Assembly (NCBI GenBank): GCA_951406725.2
Contig: OX597818.1
Span: forward strand, 15,934,001-15,998,000
Source: Octopus vulgaris
Lineage: Eukaryota
Direction: 5' to 3'
DNA: 64,000 nt
Shown here: piece by piece, positions 13,340 to 26,920 of the stretch
How positions within the stretch are numbered: position 1 is the first letter of the stretch
How the letters are laid out: each line of letters starts with the position of its first letter
Notes under the pieces: generated by a model
Seen by the model: only the letters and a program-made list of their open reading frames with translations
Told to the model about the DNA's origin: nothing
The model's database searches: none
Program-made: the position numbers and the translations under genes

Positions 13340-13640
13340 AGAGGCACATGGCCTAGTGGTTAGAGCAGCAGACTCACGGTCGAAGGATCACGGGTTCAAA
13401 TCTCAGACCGGGCGATGTGTGTGTTTATGAGCAAAACACCTAAGCTCCACGTGGCTCCGGCAGAAGGTAATGGCAAACTTCTGCTGACTCTTTCGCCACA
13501 ACTTTCTCTCATTCTTTCCTCCTGCATCTTGCAGCTCACCTGCGATGGACCGGCGTCCCATCCAGGTGGGAGCCTATACACCAAGGAAATCGGGAAACCA
13601 GCCCTTATGAGCCAGGCATGGCTCGAGAAGGAACAAACAA
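13340..13640 (+). mobile_element. SINE family B variant
   Basis: gaggcacatggcctagtggttagagcagc...gggttcaaatctc tRNA head; related copy at 44515-44820 (-). Confidence 0.85.
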
Positions 13641-13884
13641 TAAATTGTAGCAACTCAGTGATATTTTGAGGAAGTTGCTGATCGTGTCTAGCATCTAACG
13701 CAGATTTCTGGCATAGTCTATATTTTCTGACATATCTTAGTGGTTTAAATGTTTTGCCGTCTTTAAGAGATATTTTGTAGCTATCTCCTGGTCATGGATT
13801 ACAAATTTATAGCCTTCAAAATGTGATACAGTGTTATAGCTGTAAGTTCAAGAGAGGGTACACTTATCAGTGTTAGCTTTCAGT

Positions 13885-14525
13885 AAGTTGCAAGCAGGCA
13901 GAATCATTAGCACACCAGGTAAAATCCTTAGCAGCATTTCATCCATCTTTATGTTCTGAGTTCAAATGTGCCACTGAGGTCAACTTTACCTTTCATCCTC
14001 TCGGGGTTGATAAAATAAGTACCAGTTGACCACTGGAGTTGATGTAACTGGCTTACCTACTTCCCCAAAACTGCTGGTCTTGTGTCAAAATTTGAGATCA
14101 GTTTTAGCTTCCAGTAAGGCAGGAAGCTGATAGAATCATTAGCTAACCAAGCAAAATGCTTAGTGGCATTTCATCCATCCTTTCATTCTGAATTCAAATT
14201 CCACCAAGGTCAAGGTGCCTTTTATCCTCACAGGGTTGATAAAATAAATACTTATTTCTTTACTACCCACAAGGGGCTAAACACAGAGGAGACAAACAAG
14301 GACAGACAAACGGATTAAGTCAATTATATCGACCCTAGTGCGTAACTGGTACTTATTTAATCGACCCTGAAAGGATGAAAGGCAAAGTCGACCTCAACGG
14401 AATTTGAACTCAGAACATAACGGCAGACGAAATACCGCTAAGCATTTTTGCTGAGCACTGGAGTTGATGTAATCGATTTACCCTGCCTCAAAATTACTGG
14501 CATTGTGCCAAAATGTGAAACCAAT
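13885..14525. mobile_element. Cluster of three SINE family C copies (+, +, and a - copy at 14251-14447 nested in the second)
   Basis: Repeated ctttcatcct..ggggttgataaaataa..tac motif in both orientations. Confidence 0.85.
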
Positions 14526-14664
14526 ATTAGATTGCTGTATATGTGAAACATAACAAACAATACATACACTTTTATTGATTTATAGAATGTTTTTTTCGTC
14601 AGTCTTTGCTGGGATACATTGTTAGAAAACTGCAAATAAATTAGGAATTTTATTAATATAAGTG

Positions 14665-15400
14665 TGAGCATTGCTGTATTTAAGAAGTTTGTTTTCAAAC
14701 TGCCTAGTTTTGAGTTTAACCCCACTATGTGACTCCTTGGACAAGTATCTTTGGCTAGAGCACTGGGTCAACCAAATCATTGTGAGTGGATTTGGTAGAT
14801 GGAAACTGAAAGATATCCATTTTATATATGTGTGTACTTGTTTGTGCAAGTGTGTGTGTGTGCGTGTATGTGTGTGTGTTTAGGTGTGTGCATGGGTGTA
14901 AAAAAAGTAAAAAGGTAAAGTTACTTTCTTAAGTCATGTTGACTCATAAGGGCCAGTTTCCCAGTTTCCATGGAGTATAAATTCCCCACCTGGATGGGTT
15001 GCCAGTCCATCACAGGATTACTTATTTTAGCCAGCTGAGTGGGCTGGAGCAATGTAAAATGAAGTGTTTTACTCAAGAACATAACACATCGCCCAGTCCA
15101 GGAATCGAAACCATAATCTTATGATCATGAATCCAACACCCTAACCACAAAGCCACATGTCTCCAGTGTTCATGGATGTGGATGTCTCTGTCTCACCTAG
15201 TCCTGACATCTTGTAATAATTATGAGTGCCACTGCCATTCAAGCAGTGTCCCCCATTTCCAATCTTCTATGTAGACATGTTTTGTCATTGGAAAATGCTG
15301 CTTGGCTTGGAAACTGGTGAGGGTTGGGGCAGGAAAATCTGCCTCGATGAATTCTGTCTGACCCATGCAAACATGGAAAAGCGGATGTAAAAATGACAAT
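14665..15400. mobile_element. SINE A fragment (+), SINE B (-, 14910-15165) and RTE-tail-like fragment (+)
   Basis: Similarity to other copies in the window. Confidence 0.7.
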
Positions 15401-15664
15401 GGTGGTGGCAGTGGCAGAGGCAGCAGCAACAATGATGATTAATGTTGTTCCTTCCCGTGTTAAGTACTTAGTTTATATATTTGTTTTTGCTGCTGTTATT
15501 TAGTAGATGTCAGTGTAATAAGATAAACTAACCAAAGGTTATCTTGGCTGAAATAGAATATGTTAATATTTCTTGCTGTGGAAGCTTGCAATTTATGTCA
15601 GGATTTCACAGGTTTTAATATTAAAGGAGTATATTTCCTCTATATCCAGTTAGGTATTCCCAAA

Positions 15665-15890
15665 TATTGGTTTCAAGTTTTGGCACAAGGCCAGCAATTT
15701 TGGGGAAGGGATAGATTGAGTAGATCAACTCCCCTCCCCAGTACACAACTGGTACTTATTTTATCTACCCTGAAAGAATGAAAGCCAAAGTTGACTTTGG
15801 TGAAATTGGAACTCAGAACATAGAGATGGACAAAATACCACCAAGTATTTTGCCCAGTGTGCTAACGATTCCACTAATTCGCTGCCTTGA
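15665..15890 (-). mobile_element. SINE family C
   Basis: caactggtacttattttatctaccctgaaagaatgaaagccaaagttgac...gaactcagaac. Confidence 0.8.
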
Positions 15891-16147
15891 GGTCTCCCAA
15901 ATATTGGTTGGTACAAGTAATTCAAATGCATTGCATATTATTGTTTTGTTGTAAGAAGAAAGCAGCGAGTTAAAGTCTGTCATAATACACTTTGGTTATT
16001 CCTTGTAAAGAGTACCTATATATTATATATTTATTGTAGTCTTTGAATGGAATAGGAGAGGTAAGGAAACCATTAATGTAAGGGGATTTTTAGGTATTTT
16101 CTCTCTTTTTTTTCAGTTTGGAAAGCAGTTTTCATCAATTCTCAAGT

Positions 16148-16545
16148 AAGGCATGGCTGTGTGGTAAGAAGCTTGCTTCCCAACCACATGGTTCCAAGTT
16201 CAGTCCCACTTCATGGCACCTTGGGCAAGTATCTTCTACTATACCCTCAGGCTGAGCAAAGCCTTGTGAGTGGATTTGGTAGATGGAAACTGAAAGAAGC
16301 CCATCATATATATATATGTATGTATATCTATGTGTGTGCATCTTTGTGTCTGTGTTTGTCCCCCCTACCACCACCACTTGACAACTGGTGTTAGTATGTT
16401 TGCATCCCTGTAATTTAGCGGTACCAGCTTTAAAAAAATAAGTACTGGAGTCGATTCATTCAACTAAAAATTCATGGCTATGCCCCAGTATGACCGGAGT
16501 CAAATGACAGAAACAAGTAAAAGAATAAATATAAAAGAATAAGAA
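16148..16545 (+). mobile_element. SINE family A
   Basis: ggcatggctgtgtggtaagaagcttgcttcccaaccacatggttcc...gaaacaagtaaaagaataa. Confidence 0.9.
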
Positions 16546-16764
16546 CACTGCTTTTTGCATTGCAGTATTTGTTCTAGAATTCTGAGTTCAAATACTTCTG
16601 AGGAAAACTCTTTGATTTTTATCCTTCTGGGTTCAATGAAATAAAGTACTAACAAGTACTGAGATTAATTTAACAGATTTCCTGAGTCTTTTATGTTATC
16701 AAGTCAAGCTGATTCTCTGCATTGTTAATACTTACAGTTTTGATTCTCAGGCTGTCATCAATAA

Positions 16765-17175
16765 CAAAGAAATTAAGGATTACATTATAGTCAGTGAGCT
16801 GGCAGAATTGTTGGCACGCTGGGTGGAATGCTTAGCAGTATTGCCTGTCGCAATGCTCTGAGTTCAAATTCTGCCGAGGTCAACTTTACTTTTCATCTTT
16901 TTGGGATCGATAAATTAAGAAAGAAATTAAGGATTACATTGATGTATGCTGTTATATAAGTCAGTGAGCTAGCAGAATTGTTGGCACGCTGGGTGGAATG
17001 CTTAGCAGTATTTTGCCTGTCGCTATGCTCTGAGTTCAAATTCTGCTGAGGTCAACTTTACTTTTCATCTTTTGGGGATCGATAAATTAAGTACCAGTTG
17101 AGTACTGGGGTCGATGTAATCGACTTAACCCCTCCCCTGCAAATTTCAGGGCTTGTGCCTATAGTAGAAAGGATT
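16765..17175 (+). mobile_element. Locally tandem-duplicated SINE family C
   Basis: aaagaaattaaggattacatt...agtcagtgagct.gcagaattgttggcacgctgggtgg occurs twice (about 16766 and 16920), including the flank. Confidence 0.85.
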
Positions 17176-17798
17176 AATGTATGTTGTTATACATAACACT
17201 GTGTAGCATGATTTTTGTCCTTGGGTAGCTACTGTTATTTCTGATTTGCTTACACCTAGAAAGTTTGAAAAATGGTTAATATTTCTTTCAAACTTTGCTT
17301 TTGTTACATTTATTCAAACCACAAAGAATCTCTCAACACATAGCTACAATGCTCCCTCACTACTCCTACTCATGATCAGAATTGCAGATATTGTCAGCCA
17401 CTAAGGGGCAAGCTCAAGTGGTTAAGGTCAAACAAGTGACAAACAAATCTGTGATATTGAGCAGAATATTTGCTATAATGATATTTCTGCTTCAGCAACT
17501 CAGCACTGAATCTGTCTGAAATGTAATGAAAAATAGGTCAGTTTCAAAACATTGATGTCAAGGTCACAAAAGCAAAGTTTGAAGGGAATAGTAGTCATTT
17601 CCTTTGATTTCTAGATAGAAGCAAATAGGAAATAACACTTACTGACCAATGACAAAAAATAAATAAAAATTTTGTTACACCTGCACACTATTGAGTCACA
17701 CAAACACACACACACACACACTAATACATATGCACTAACACACACATGCACACACCACTTGAACAAGCACACATCAACTGCTACATGCAGGCATTTGA

Positions 17799-17848
<50 letters not shown>

Positions 17849-19219
17849 CAATGATTTGAATTTTTTTTTTGTAAAAGAAATGATTACAGAGTTAGTGCCA
17901 AAATACACAGCAGCAGAGACATACTGTTTCCTTAGTCAGTTGAAAAAATTGATAAAATCAGATTATCATTTTGCTTTTAATTACAAACACGAGGGTCATT
18001 GACCAGCTCTTTGTGTGGAGTTGCAAAGCAGGGCAATAGGCATTTTTGCCAAATGCAATGATTTCCAGTAATCATGAGCAGGATATGAATTCAAACATTT
18101 CTATAATCAAGCTATAATGCTACAGAGCTTCAGCATATTATAATTATTTTTTTTTATATCAGATAGTACAGCTTCACAGATTAAAACTGTCCCTTAATCC
18201 ACTTTTTTTCTACCTGCCGGCTCATTAGTTGCTATGTTGTTAGGCTTCGTGATATAAGTATGTACCACAAGGCATTTTTTAAACACCTTAACAGTTCTTC
18301 AAATTCACTGGCCTTTTGCCAAACTACTGCAGCTAAGCCACTGTTTTTAAAAACCTTTATTATAGTACCAAGTGTTATAAGTTTTAGTGTAGCTAAATAA
18401 ATACACAACAATAGCAGACCAACAATTAATAAAAAAAATTGGGACATGATGTATAAAGCTGCATTTGTATGTACAAATGTTTGCAAGATCTTCTGTGTTG
18501 TGTAAGTGTGCGTGTATGTGTGTGCGGATGTGTGCATGAGAGAGAGAGGGGGAGAGAGTGAGATAGAAGGAGAGTAGAAGTGAGAGAGAAGGAGAGTAGA
18601 AGTGAGAGAGAAGGAGAGAGAGAAGGAGAGAGAGAGAGAGGATGGGGGTGTATTTTGACAAACTTTCTCACGGATGTTGCTTTTTATCTTGGCCGTCAAA
18701 TGAAAAAAAAGGCAGTCATACACATTTACAAGCACTCATGCCCACACACTCACATACCTTTGAGTGTGTTTAAATGATATAAATACTTATACAATGTTAT
18801 AAGAAGAGTGATATAACCTTCAGTTTTCTTTCATAACAGTGTTGAATATTTCTATACAAAACAGAAAACTTCTTATCATACAATGGTTTGGCATGATCTC
18901 CACGTCTATAAAACATTAGCTTTACTACAACTGTAAGCTATTAGTTTTGATTTCATGCCTCTAGGGACTTAAAACCTGACATGTCATATTTTATAAAAAA
19001 AAAAAGGAATATAAACACAAAGCAATTTAGCTTAACATGGCAAAGCAGAAATTCAGAAAAAAATTTGTATAATGTAAAAACATGGTCAAGAAGAGAGGGA
19101 ATGGTATTTTTGCGAATGATTCAAATGGAGAACTGTAATATATTCCATATCATAGTTTTAAGGAAAGTGGCATAGTAGTTATGTTACAGGATGTGTATGC
19201 ATCAAATGTTCTTGCAAAA

Positions 19220-19562
19220 AGGTAAAGGGGAGTAAAGAATTCTTTTGGTCGTGAATGACCATGGGATTGCACCTAGAAAGTTCCTTTCTAAGGTACAAGT
19301 CTAGGCAAGGTTGTTTGTGGAAGACTAGCAGTTGCCCATGTATACCAGGCTCCCTTCTCTGTGCCACCAATGTTGTCCAAGACAACAGCAAAGGCTAATA
19401 CAGCTTGCTACCAGTGACATTGCAATTCATTTCCATGGTTGAGTGAACTGAAGCAGTGTGAAATAAAGTGCCTTGCTCAAGAACATAATGAACACAGTGT
19501 GGTCCAGGTTTCGAACTCACAACTTCATAATTGTAAACCCAATGCTCTAACCAATGAGCCAA
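19220..19562 (-). mobile_element. SINE family B (long-tail variant)
   Basis: Reverse complement of the 47358-47705 copy (gaatgaccatgggattgcacctagaaag). Confidence 0.8.
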
Positions 19563-20136
19563 CCAAACGAGATGTGAGAAGCTAAGAATTTATGTTTCAT
19601 AATCTACTCATTAACTTTGATGCAGAAATATATATACTCATATATGTATGCATGTATGTGTGTATGTATGTATTATATATAATCAATAATGGAACTTGGA
19701 GTACATTATAAAACAGCTGTAACCACTAAAGAAATATTAAAATTCTTTGACTCTTACAAAGATTTTTGCTTTTTATACGCTCCACAATCGAAACATTGTA
19801 TATTCAGGAGTTTCTGTCACATCCACCTCTGATATTTTATATTGATATAACTAAATTAAAAATAAATTACTTAAAAATTATATACATATATATCATCATC
19901 ATCATCATCATCGTTTAATGTCCGCTTTCCGCGCTAGCACGGGTTGGACGGTTCGACCGGGTCTGGGAAGCCAGGGGCCGCTCCAGGCTCCAGTCTGAAT
20001 CTGGCAGAGTTTCTACGGCTGGATGCCCTTCCTAACGCCAACCACTCCGTGAGTGGATTGGGTGCTTTTTACGTGCCACCTGCACAGGGGCCGGAGGGTC
20101 CGGCATCGGTCACGATCGGTTCGAGCTTTTAACGTG

Positions 20137-23100
20137 TCAGCGGCACGGGGGCAACGAGGTCCGGGGTACTTTGGGGATCGGGGTACTTTGGGGATCCAGG
20201 GTACTTTGGGGATCCGAGGTACTTAGAATGGGTAGGGGGTATGTGGAATTGCTGCAGAAAGCAGCCCGGGTCTTTGTAGTCACAGCATATCTCCAGAGAT
20301 CTCGGTCCTTCGCCATTGCCTCAGTGAGGCCCAATGCTCTGAGGTCATGCTTGACTACCTCATCCCATGTCTTCCTGGGTCTACCTCTCCCCCTGATACC
20401 TTCAACTGTTTGGGAGTGGCACTTCTTCACACATCTCTCTTCATCCATCCGCAGCACATGACCATACCATCGCAAGCGTCGCTCTTGCACACCACATCTG
20501 ATGCTTCTTATATCCAGCATTTCTCTCAGGATGCTTACACTCTGTCTTGCGTGCACACTGACACTACACATCCAGCGGATCATGCTAGCTTCATTTCTTT
20601 CAAGTCTACGCATGTCTTCTGCAGTCACAGCCCATGTTTCATTACCGTGAAGCATGGCAGTTCACACACATGCATCATACAATCTACCTTTTGCTCTGAG
20701 GGAGAGACCTTTTGTTGCCAGTAGGGGTAGGAGCTTTCTGAACTTTGCCCAGGCTATTCGTATTCTAGTGGTGATACTCTCTGTGCATCCACCTCCGCTA
20801 CTAACTTGGTCACCCAGGTAGCGGAAACTATCAACTACTTCTAGTTTCTCTCCCTGGAGTGTGATGGAATCTGTTTTCTGAGTGTCTGTTGTGTCTATTG
20901 TCCCTGTGCATCTGCCGCACATGAAAGCTATCTTATCTGTTAATTTCCCTTTAATGTTGCTGCACCTCTTATGTGTCCATAACTTACATTGGGTGCATCT
21001 TATGGAGTTTCTACCTGTACCTTTCCTACAGGTTGAGCAGGGCCACCTACCCGAGGGGGTGTGTGCTGAGTACCTCTTGCTGCTTACTAATACTTTGGTC
21101 TTTGCTACATTTATTCTAAGGCCCTTTGATTCCAACCCTTGCTTCCACACCCGAAATTTCTCTTCTAGTTCCGGTAGTGATTCTGCTATGAGAGCTAGGT
21201 CATCGGCATAGAGGAGCTCCCAGGGGCATCCCGTTTTGAATTCCTCTGTTATTGCCTGAAGGACTATGATGAATAAAAGGGAACTGAGGGCTGAGCCCTG
21301 GTGCACACCTACTTCTACCCGGAATTCTTCACTATATTCGTTGCCAATCCTAACCTTGCTGACAGCCTCTCTGTATAGAGCCTGTACAGCCCTTATTAGC
21401 CATTCTTCAATCTCCAGTTTCCGCATCGACCACCAGATAAGGGAACGGGGAACCCTGTCAAAGGCTTTCTCCAAGTCTACAAAAGCTATGTAGAGGGGTT
21501 TATCTTTAGCTAGGTACTTCTCCTGCAGTTGTCGGACCAGGAATATAGCATCAGTGGTGCTTCTACCTGGTACAAAACCGAACTGCATTTCATCTAAACA
21601 AATTCTCTCCCTAATGAGATTGGTTATGACCTTCTCTGAGACCTTCATCACCTGGTCCAACAGTTTGATACCTCTGTAGTTATTTCTATCTAGAGCATCA
21701 CCCTTACCCTTGTAGCAGTTGACTATGGTGCTGCTGCACCAGTCATTGGGTATGACTCCATTGTGAACTACCTGGTTTACAATGCGGGTGACTATGGCAT
21801 AGCCCACATAGCCAGCTGTTTTAAGCATCTCAGCAGTGATTCCTGATAGGCCAGGGGCTTTGCCTGGTTTCATATCCTTAATTGCCTTATCTACAAGGGA
21901 GCTGTCTATTCGGGTAGCTGGTCCCTCAACTGGGTCAACATTTGGCAGGCTCTCCTCCTCCCATTCATTCTCCTCATTCAGCAGTCTTTCATAATGGCTT
22001 CTCCAAGCCTCTTTCTTTTCACTAGTAGTAAAAGCAAGTGCCCCATCATCCATGCGGACACATTTCTCTCCTATAACATCGCTATTTTCTCTGACACACT
22101 GTCTGGCAATCCGAAATACTTCAGCTCTTTGATCCTCGCGACGCTGGACATTGGCAAACTTCTTCTTTTCTGCTACATCTTTGGCAATGTATACCTGCCA
22201 CCAGCCTCCCTTTTGGCTATCTGGTACAGTTCCCTGCTGCCCCAATCCTTCCAGGCTTTCCAGGCCCGTCTCCTTTTCACAGATGGCTTTATCTACTGCA
22301 CTATTCCACCACCACGTAATTCTAGGTCTGGAAGGGACTTTGCACCATCCACAGACTTGGTCTGTGGCACTCAGCAAGCTGTCCCGTAGGAATTCCCAGC
22401 TACTTTCTATGTCTGACGTCTGAAGCTCCTCCTCCCTCTCATCAAATTTCTTGATGAGTATGTCCCTAAATTTCTGACCATGCGAAGGGTTCTTTAGCCT
22501 CCAAATCCTTCTTTTCTGGATTGGTTTGTTTCTTGGAGTCCTTCTGGCCTCAAGCTTAAAGTCACTGATGATTAGTCTATGCTGAGGGATACATTCTTCA
22601 CCCGGGAGGGTCTTTGTATTCAAGAGCAACCCTGCATCCCGTTGTCTGGTGAGGATGAAGTCTATTTGGCTAGCGGAGTCTCCTGACTGATAAGTTATAA
22701 GGTGGCAGACTGGCTTCTTGAAGTTAGTGTTGCAGATTGAAAGGTTACATGCATCACAGAATTCCAGCAGTCTAGTTCCCTCATCATTTCTGGTGCCAAT
22801 ACCATAGCCACCATGTACCCCAGTGAAGATACCCGATTCCCGCCCAACATGCCCATTAAAATCTCCACCTACAAAGATGAGGTCCTTGTTACTAGTCTTT
22901 GAAGTAGCCTGCAGAAGGGTATCATAAAAGTTGTCCTTCTGATCATTTGGTAGTCCCGCTTGTGGGGCATAGGCTGAGATAATCATAGCTGTGCCACTCT
23001 GTAGGACCAACCTGAGCTTAAGCACTCTATCACAAACCCTGACAACCTCTATGACCTTATCCACCCATTCCTCCGCAAGGAGAATGCCTACACCCCCTAT

Positions 23101-23438
23101 ACCTTCCGCGTTACCTTGCCAGTAGAGTTTGTACCTAAGTGCCTTGCCCGTGAGGACCCTAGCCGAAGCATCTCTCCATCTTACCTCTTGTATGCAGCAT
23201 ACATCAACCTGTCTTCTCTCTAGCATCTCTACAATCTCACTAGACTTGCCTGTCAATGTACCAACATTGATAGTGCCAACTCTGAAAACTGGGAAGGAGA
23301 TGTGGGGGGGACGGGGGGATTCGGCGCCTGAGAAGAGGAGGGTTGTTGTGGTGGTGATAGTTTTCGTGGTATTTTTCTTTTGATCTCTCTTCCAACCTGA
23401 CCACGCCGTGGGCAGGAGCTGGTGTTAGCAGTGGACAT
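20137..23438 (-). pseudogene. RTE LINE polyprotein: APE endonuclease, reverse transcriptase, PHD-type zinc finger
   Basis: APE motifs VGTINVGT, CCIQEVRW, SAYAPQ, GDFNGHVG, SQIDFIL, PQHRLI. RT motifs [41 protein letters not shown]. Lesions: frameshift after the ATG at 23438, an apparent compensated frameshift pair near 22200-22275, and a TGA at 20662 where copy 2 has CGA (Arg). Confidence 0.95.
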
Positions 23439-23867
23439 TCGTTATCGTCACTGAGTAACGTAATTAGGTAGAGGAAAGAAATACAGATATTCTAGAGTTG
23501 AGGAGGGGGGGTCCAGTTGAGAAAGGTTTCACCAGTGAAAGAGAGGGAGAGATAGTAGAGGGTGCGGGTAATATAGGGGAGCAACCAGTGGGGAAGTTTG
23601 GGGTAGGAGGAACGATGGCAGGAAGGGTTGGTGTAGGTTCGTAAGAAATAAAAACGTAGGATATTACGAGGCAGGAGGGTACTAAAAGGGGATGGTCGGA
23701 TTGAGGCAGTGTCAGGAGGAAGCGTAAGATCGGTGGGCAGTTGATGAGCTATGGCGCTAGCAGCTTGTCTTTTCACAGTGAAAGCATATGAGGAGAAGGG
23801 GTAGTGGGGGGAGGAGGAGGGAGTAGGGCGTATCCGGTGTAGATGAGTAGGGCGTATCCGGTGTAGA

Positions 23868-24076
23868 TGGTGAGAACAGGGTATACTGGTATTGGTGGTG
23901 GGGGTGAGAACAGTGTTCACCGGTATTGGTGGTGGCGGTGAGAACAGTGTTCACCGGTATTGGTGGTGGGGGTGAGAACAGTGTTCACCGGTATTGGTGG
24001 TGGGGGTGAGAACAGTGTTCATCGGTATTGGTGGTGGGGGTGAGAACAGTGTTCATCGGTATTGGTGGTGGGGGTG
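23868..24076. repeat. 33-bp tandem repeat (ggtattggtggtgggggtgagaacagtgttcac/tc), about 6 copies, in the LINE 5' region
   Basis: Direct reading. Confidence 0.95.
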
Positions 24077-24091
24077 GGGGGGCGGGCGCAC

Positions 24092-24619
24092 CGCCGATGG
24101 CGGAAAGATGGGGAAAGATGGGATTACGGCTTGAGGTAGCCTAAGGTTAAATTTCGTAGAGAGAGAGATAGGAAAGATAAATCAAGTTATGGCGAAGGCT
24201 TGAAGGTAGCCTAAAAGGTTAAATTTTCGTAGTGAGAGAGATGGGTAAGACGAATCAAGTTATCAATGTATGAATAAACGTAGTAACAATGAATGAATGT
24301 ATGTCGCGCTATGTATGGAAAAATAAAAATAGTAAGATAAATTTTTAAGAACTTGCTGCGGGCATCGACCGGGAGTTGAAATTGAAGAAGAAAGTAAGTT
24401 GAATTGGGAATTTAAATTGTAGAATCGTAATGGTAATGGCGATTTTCAAGTTTTAGCATAAGAAGAAGAAGAGGAGGAAAGACGCCGATGGCGGAAAGAT
24501 GGGGAAAGATGGGATTACGGCTTGAGGTAGCCTAAGGTTAAATTTCGTAGAGAGAGAGATAGGAAAGATAAATCAAGTTATGGCGAAGGCTTGAAAGTAG
24601 CCTAAAAGGTTAAATTTTC
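24092..24619. repeat. 137-bp direct repeat pair (24092-24228 and 24483-24619) at the LINE 5' end
   Basis: cgccgatggcggaaagatgg...aggttaaattttc twice, one visible mismatch, period 391 bp. Confidence 0.95.
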
Positions 24620-24631
24620 ATATATATATAT

Positions 24632-24862
24632 ACTCTCTTTTACTCTTTTACTTGTTTCAGTCATTTGACTGTGGCCATGCTGAAGCACCAGCTTTAGTCG
24701 AGCAAATCGACCCCAGGACTTATTCTTTGTAAGCCTAGTACTTATTCTGTCTGTTCTTTTGCTGAACTGCTAAGTTACAGGGACATAAACACACCAGCAT
24801 AGGTTGTCAAGCGATGTTGGGGGGACAAACACAGACACACAAACATATACACACATACATTA

Positions 24863-24911
<49 letters not shown>

Positions 24912-25077
24912 TACAACGTTCTTCTTTCAGTTTCTGTCTGCCAAATCCACTCACAAGGCTTTTGTTGGCCCAAAGCTATAGTAGAAGACGTTTGCCCAAG
25001 GTGCCACGCAGTGGGACTGAACCCGGAACCATGTAGTTTGTAAGCAAGCTACTTACCACACAGCCACTCCTACACCT
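24632..25077 (-). mobile_element. SINE family A, full length
   Basis: Ends ...cttaccacacagccactcctacacct; internal TA/CA microsatellite. Confidence 0.95.
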
Positions 25078-25148
25078 CATAAATATATATATATACATAT
25101 ATATATACATATATATATACATATATATATATACATATATATATATAC

Positions 25149-25343
<195 letters not shown>

Positions 25344-25354
25344 TATAACCACTA

Positions 25355-25675
25355 AGTGCATGGTTTAGTGGTTAGGAGTAACCAGCTCATGATTGTAAGG
25401 CCATGAGTTCAATTCCTGGTGACATGCTGTGTCCTCGAGCAAGACACTTTATTTCAAGTTGCTCCAGTCTACTCAGCTGGCAAAAATGAGTAGTACTTGT
25501 ATTTCAAAGGGCCAGCCTTGTCACACTCTGTGTCATGCTGAATCTCCCTGAGAACTACATTAAGGGTACACATGTCTGTGGAGTGCTCAGCCACTTGAAT
25601 GTTAATTTCATGAACAGGCTGTTCTGTTGACTGGATCAACTGGAGCCCTCATTGTCGTAAGCAACCAAATGCCAG
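25355..25675 (+). mobile_element. SINE family B
   Basis: gcatggtttagtggttagg...gagttcaattcct...gagcaagacactttatttc. Confidence 0.9.
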
Positions 25676-26469
25676 TTATCATCATCATCATCAACATCAT
25701 TTAATGTTCATTTTGTTTTATATATGTGTGTGTGTGTGTGTGATCATTTTAATGTCTACTTTTCCATCTTGCTAAGAGCAGACGGAATTCATTGAAGCAG
25801 GTTTTCTACATGGGTGCTCTTCCATTCACCAATTTTCACCTGTTTCTAAGCAAAATAATAAACCATATATTTATCAAGCAACAACCATCCCAAACTTAGT
25901 TATATGGTTGACTGCCAGCAATGAACACTGGCTGTTACTCACGTGAAGATGAGGGGAAATATAAATTTATTTACACAAATACACTCACAGGCACATACAT
26001 ACATACATACATACATATACATACATACATACATACATACACTCACACACATATATATGTATAAATACTTATTTAATATTATAAGAAGTGATATAACCTT
26101 CAGTTTTCTTTCATGATAGTGTTGTATATTTCTATACAGAACAGACATGCACACATACACACATACATACATACATACATACATACATACATACATACAT
26201 ACATAAATACATACATACATACATACATACATTCACACACACACACACACGCACACATATGCATGAGAATAAACACAAATCTACACATGTACTGACTTCA
26301 TACATACATACACACATACATGCAAAAATACCCTGCCGTCATTGGTGAAATTCCAATGAGGAAGCCTTGGATCTAGGTTAGAAATCAGTTGGCAAGAAAT
26401 TTTTTTATAAAATTGAGCAATGACATACATGCATACATTCATACAAACATAAGACAAAGTTGACTATAT

Positions 26470-26920
26470 TGAGATTGATGGGTCAAAAAAAATATAGGTG
26501 GCACTTAAAAATTACAACAACTACCAAGTTAAAACACAACTGACCAGATATTCTTGTGTAGGACCACAAGGAAAAGATATGTTCTGTTATAGAAATCAGC
26601 TTCCCTCTGGACACCAATGTAGTTTGAAAAATACAAGAGAAAGAGGACATCTATGGACCATTTATAAGGAATTTGCAAATCCAGTACCCAAGATAGACTT
26701 TCGGTTTCAGACCTATTATTATTGGAGCAACAGGATACAGAATGTAAATCCTTAATTCATACTATACAAATGATCATGATATTTGGGACTATAAAAGTTT
26801 GCAAGACCTTCTTAAAATTTAAAGGATGATGAACAAAAGATGCTTTTCTTCGCAACCTTGCTACCAAGTGGGTGGTTGCTCAAAATTTACTCTAAATTGA
26901 AAAGAGAAAGAGAAGATCAT
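26470..26920 (+). mobile_element. Second R4-like RLE fragment ending in CATA-type repeats
   Basis: Decayed KLKHN.PDI...ICSVIEISFPLDTNVV.KIQEKEDIYGPFIRNLQIQYP, homologous to 4164-4540. Confidence 0.7.

Larger units (their letters stand above)
19893..24619 (-). mobile_element. Near full-length RTE-clade LINE inserted in a (TA)n tract
   Basis: Single long APE-RT frame, (GAT)n 3' tail, long repeat-containing 5' region, TA tracts at both ends. Confidence 0.95.

Noticed and set aside
20662-23256. Active, intact LINE ORF
   Set aside because: Upstream frameshift, a garbled internal segment and a premature TGA truncating the C-terminus
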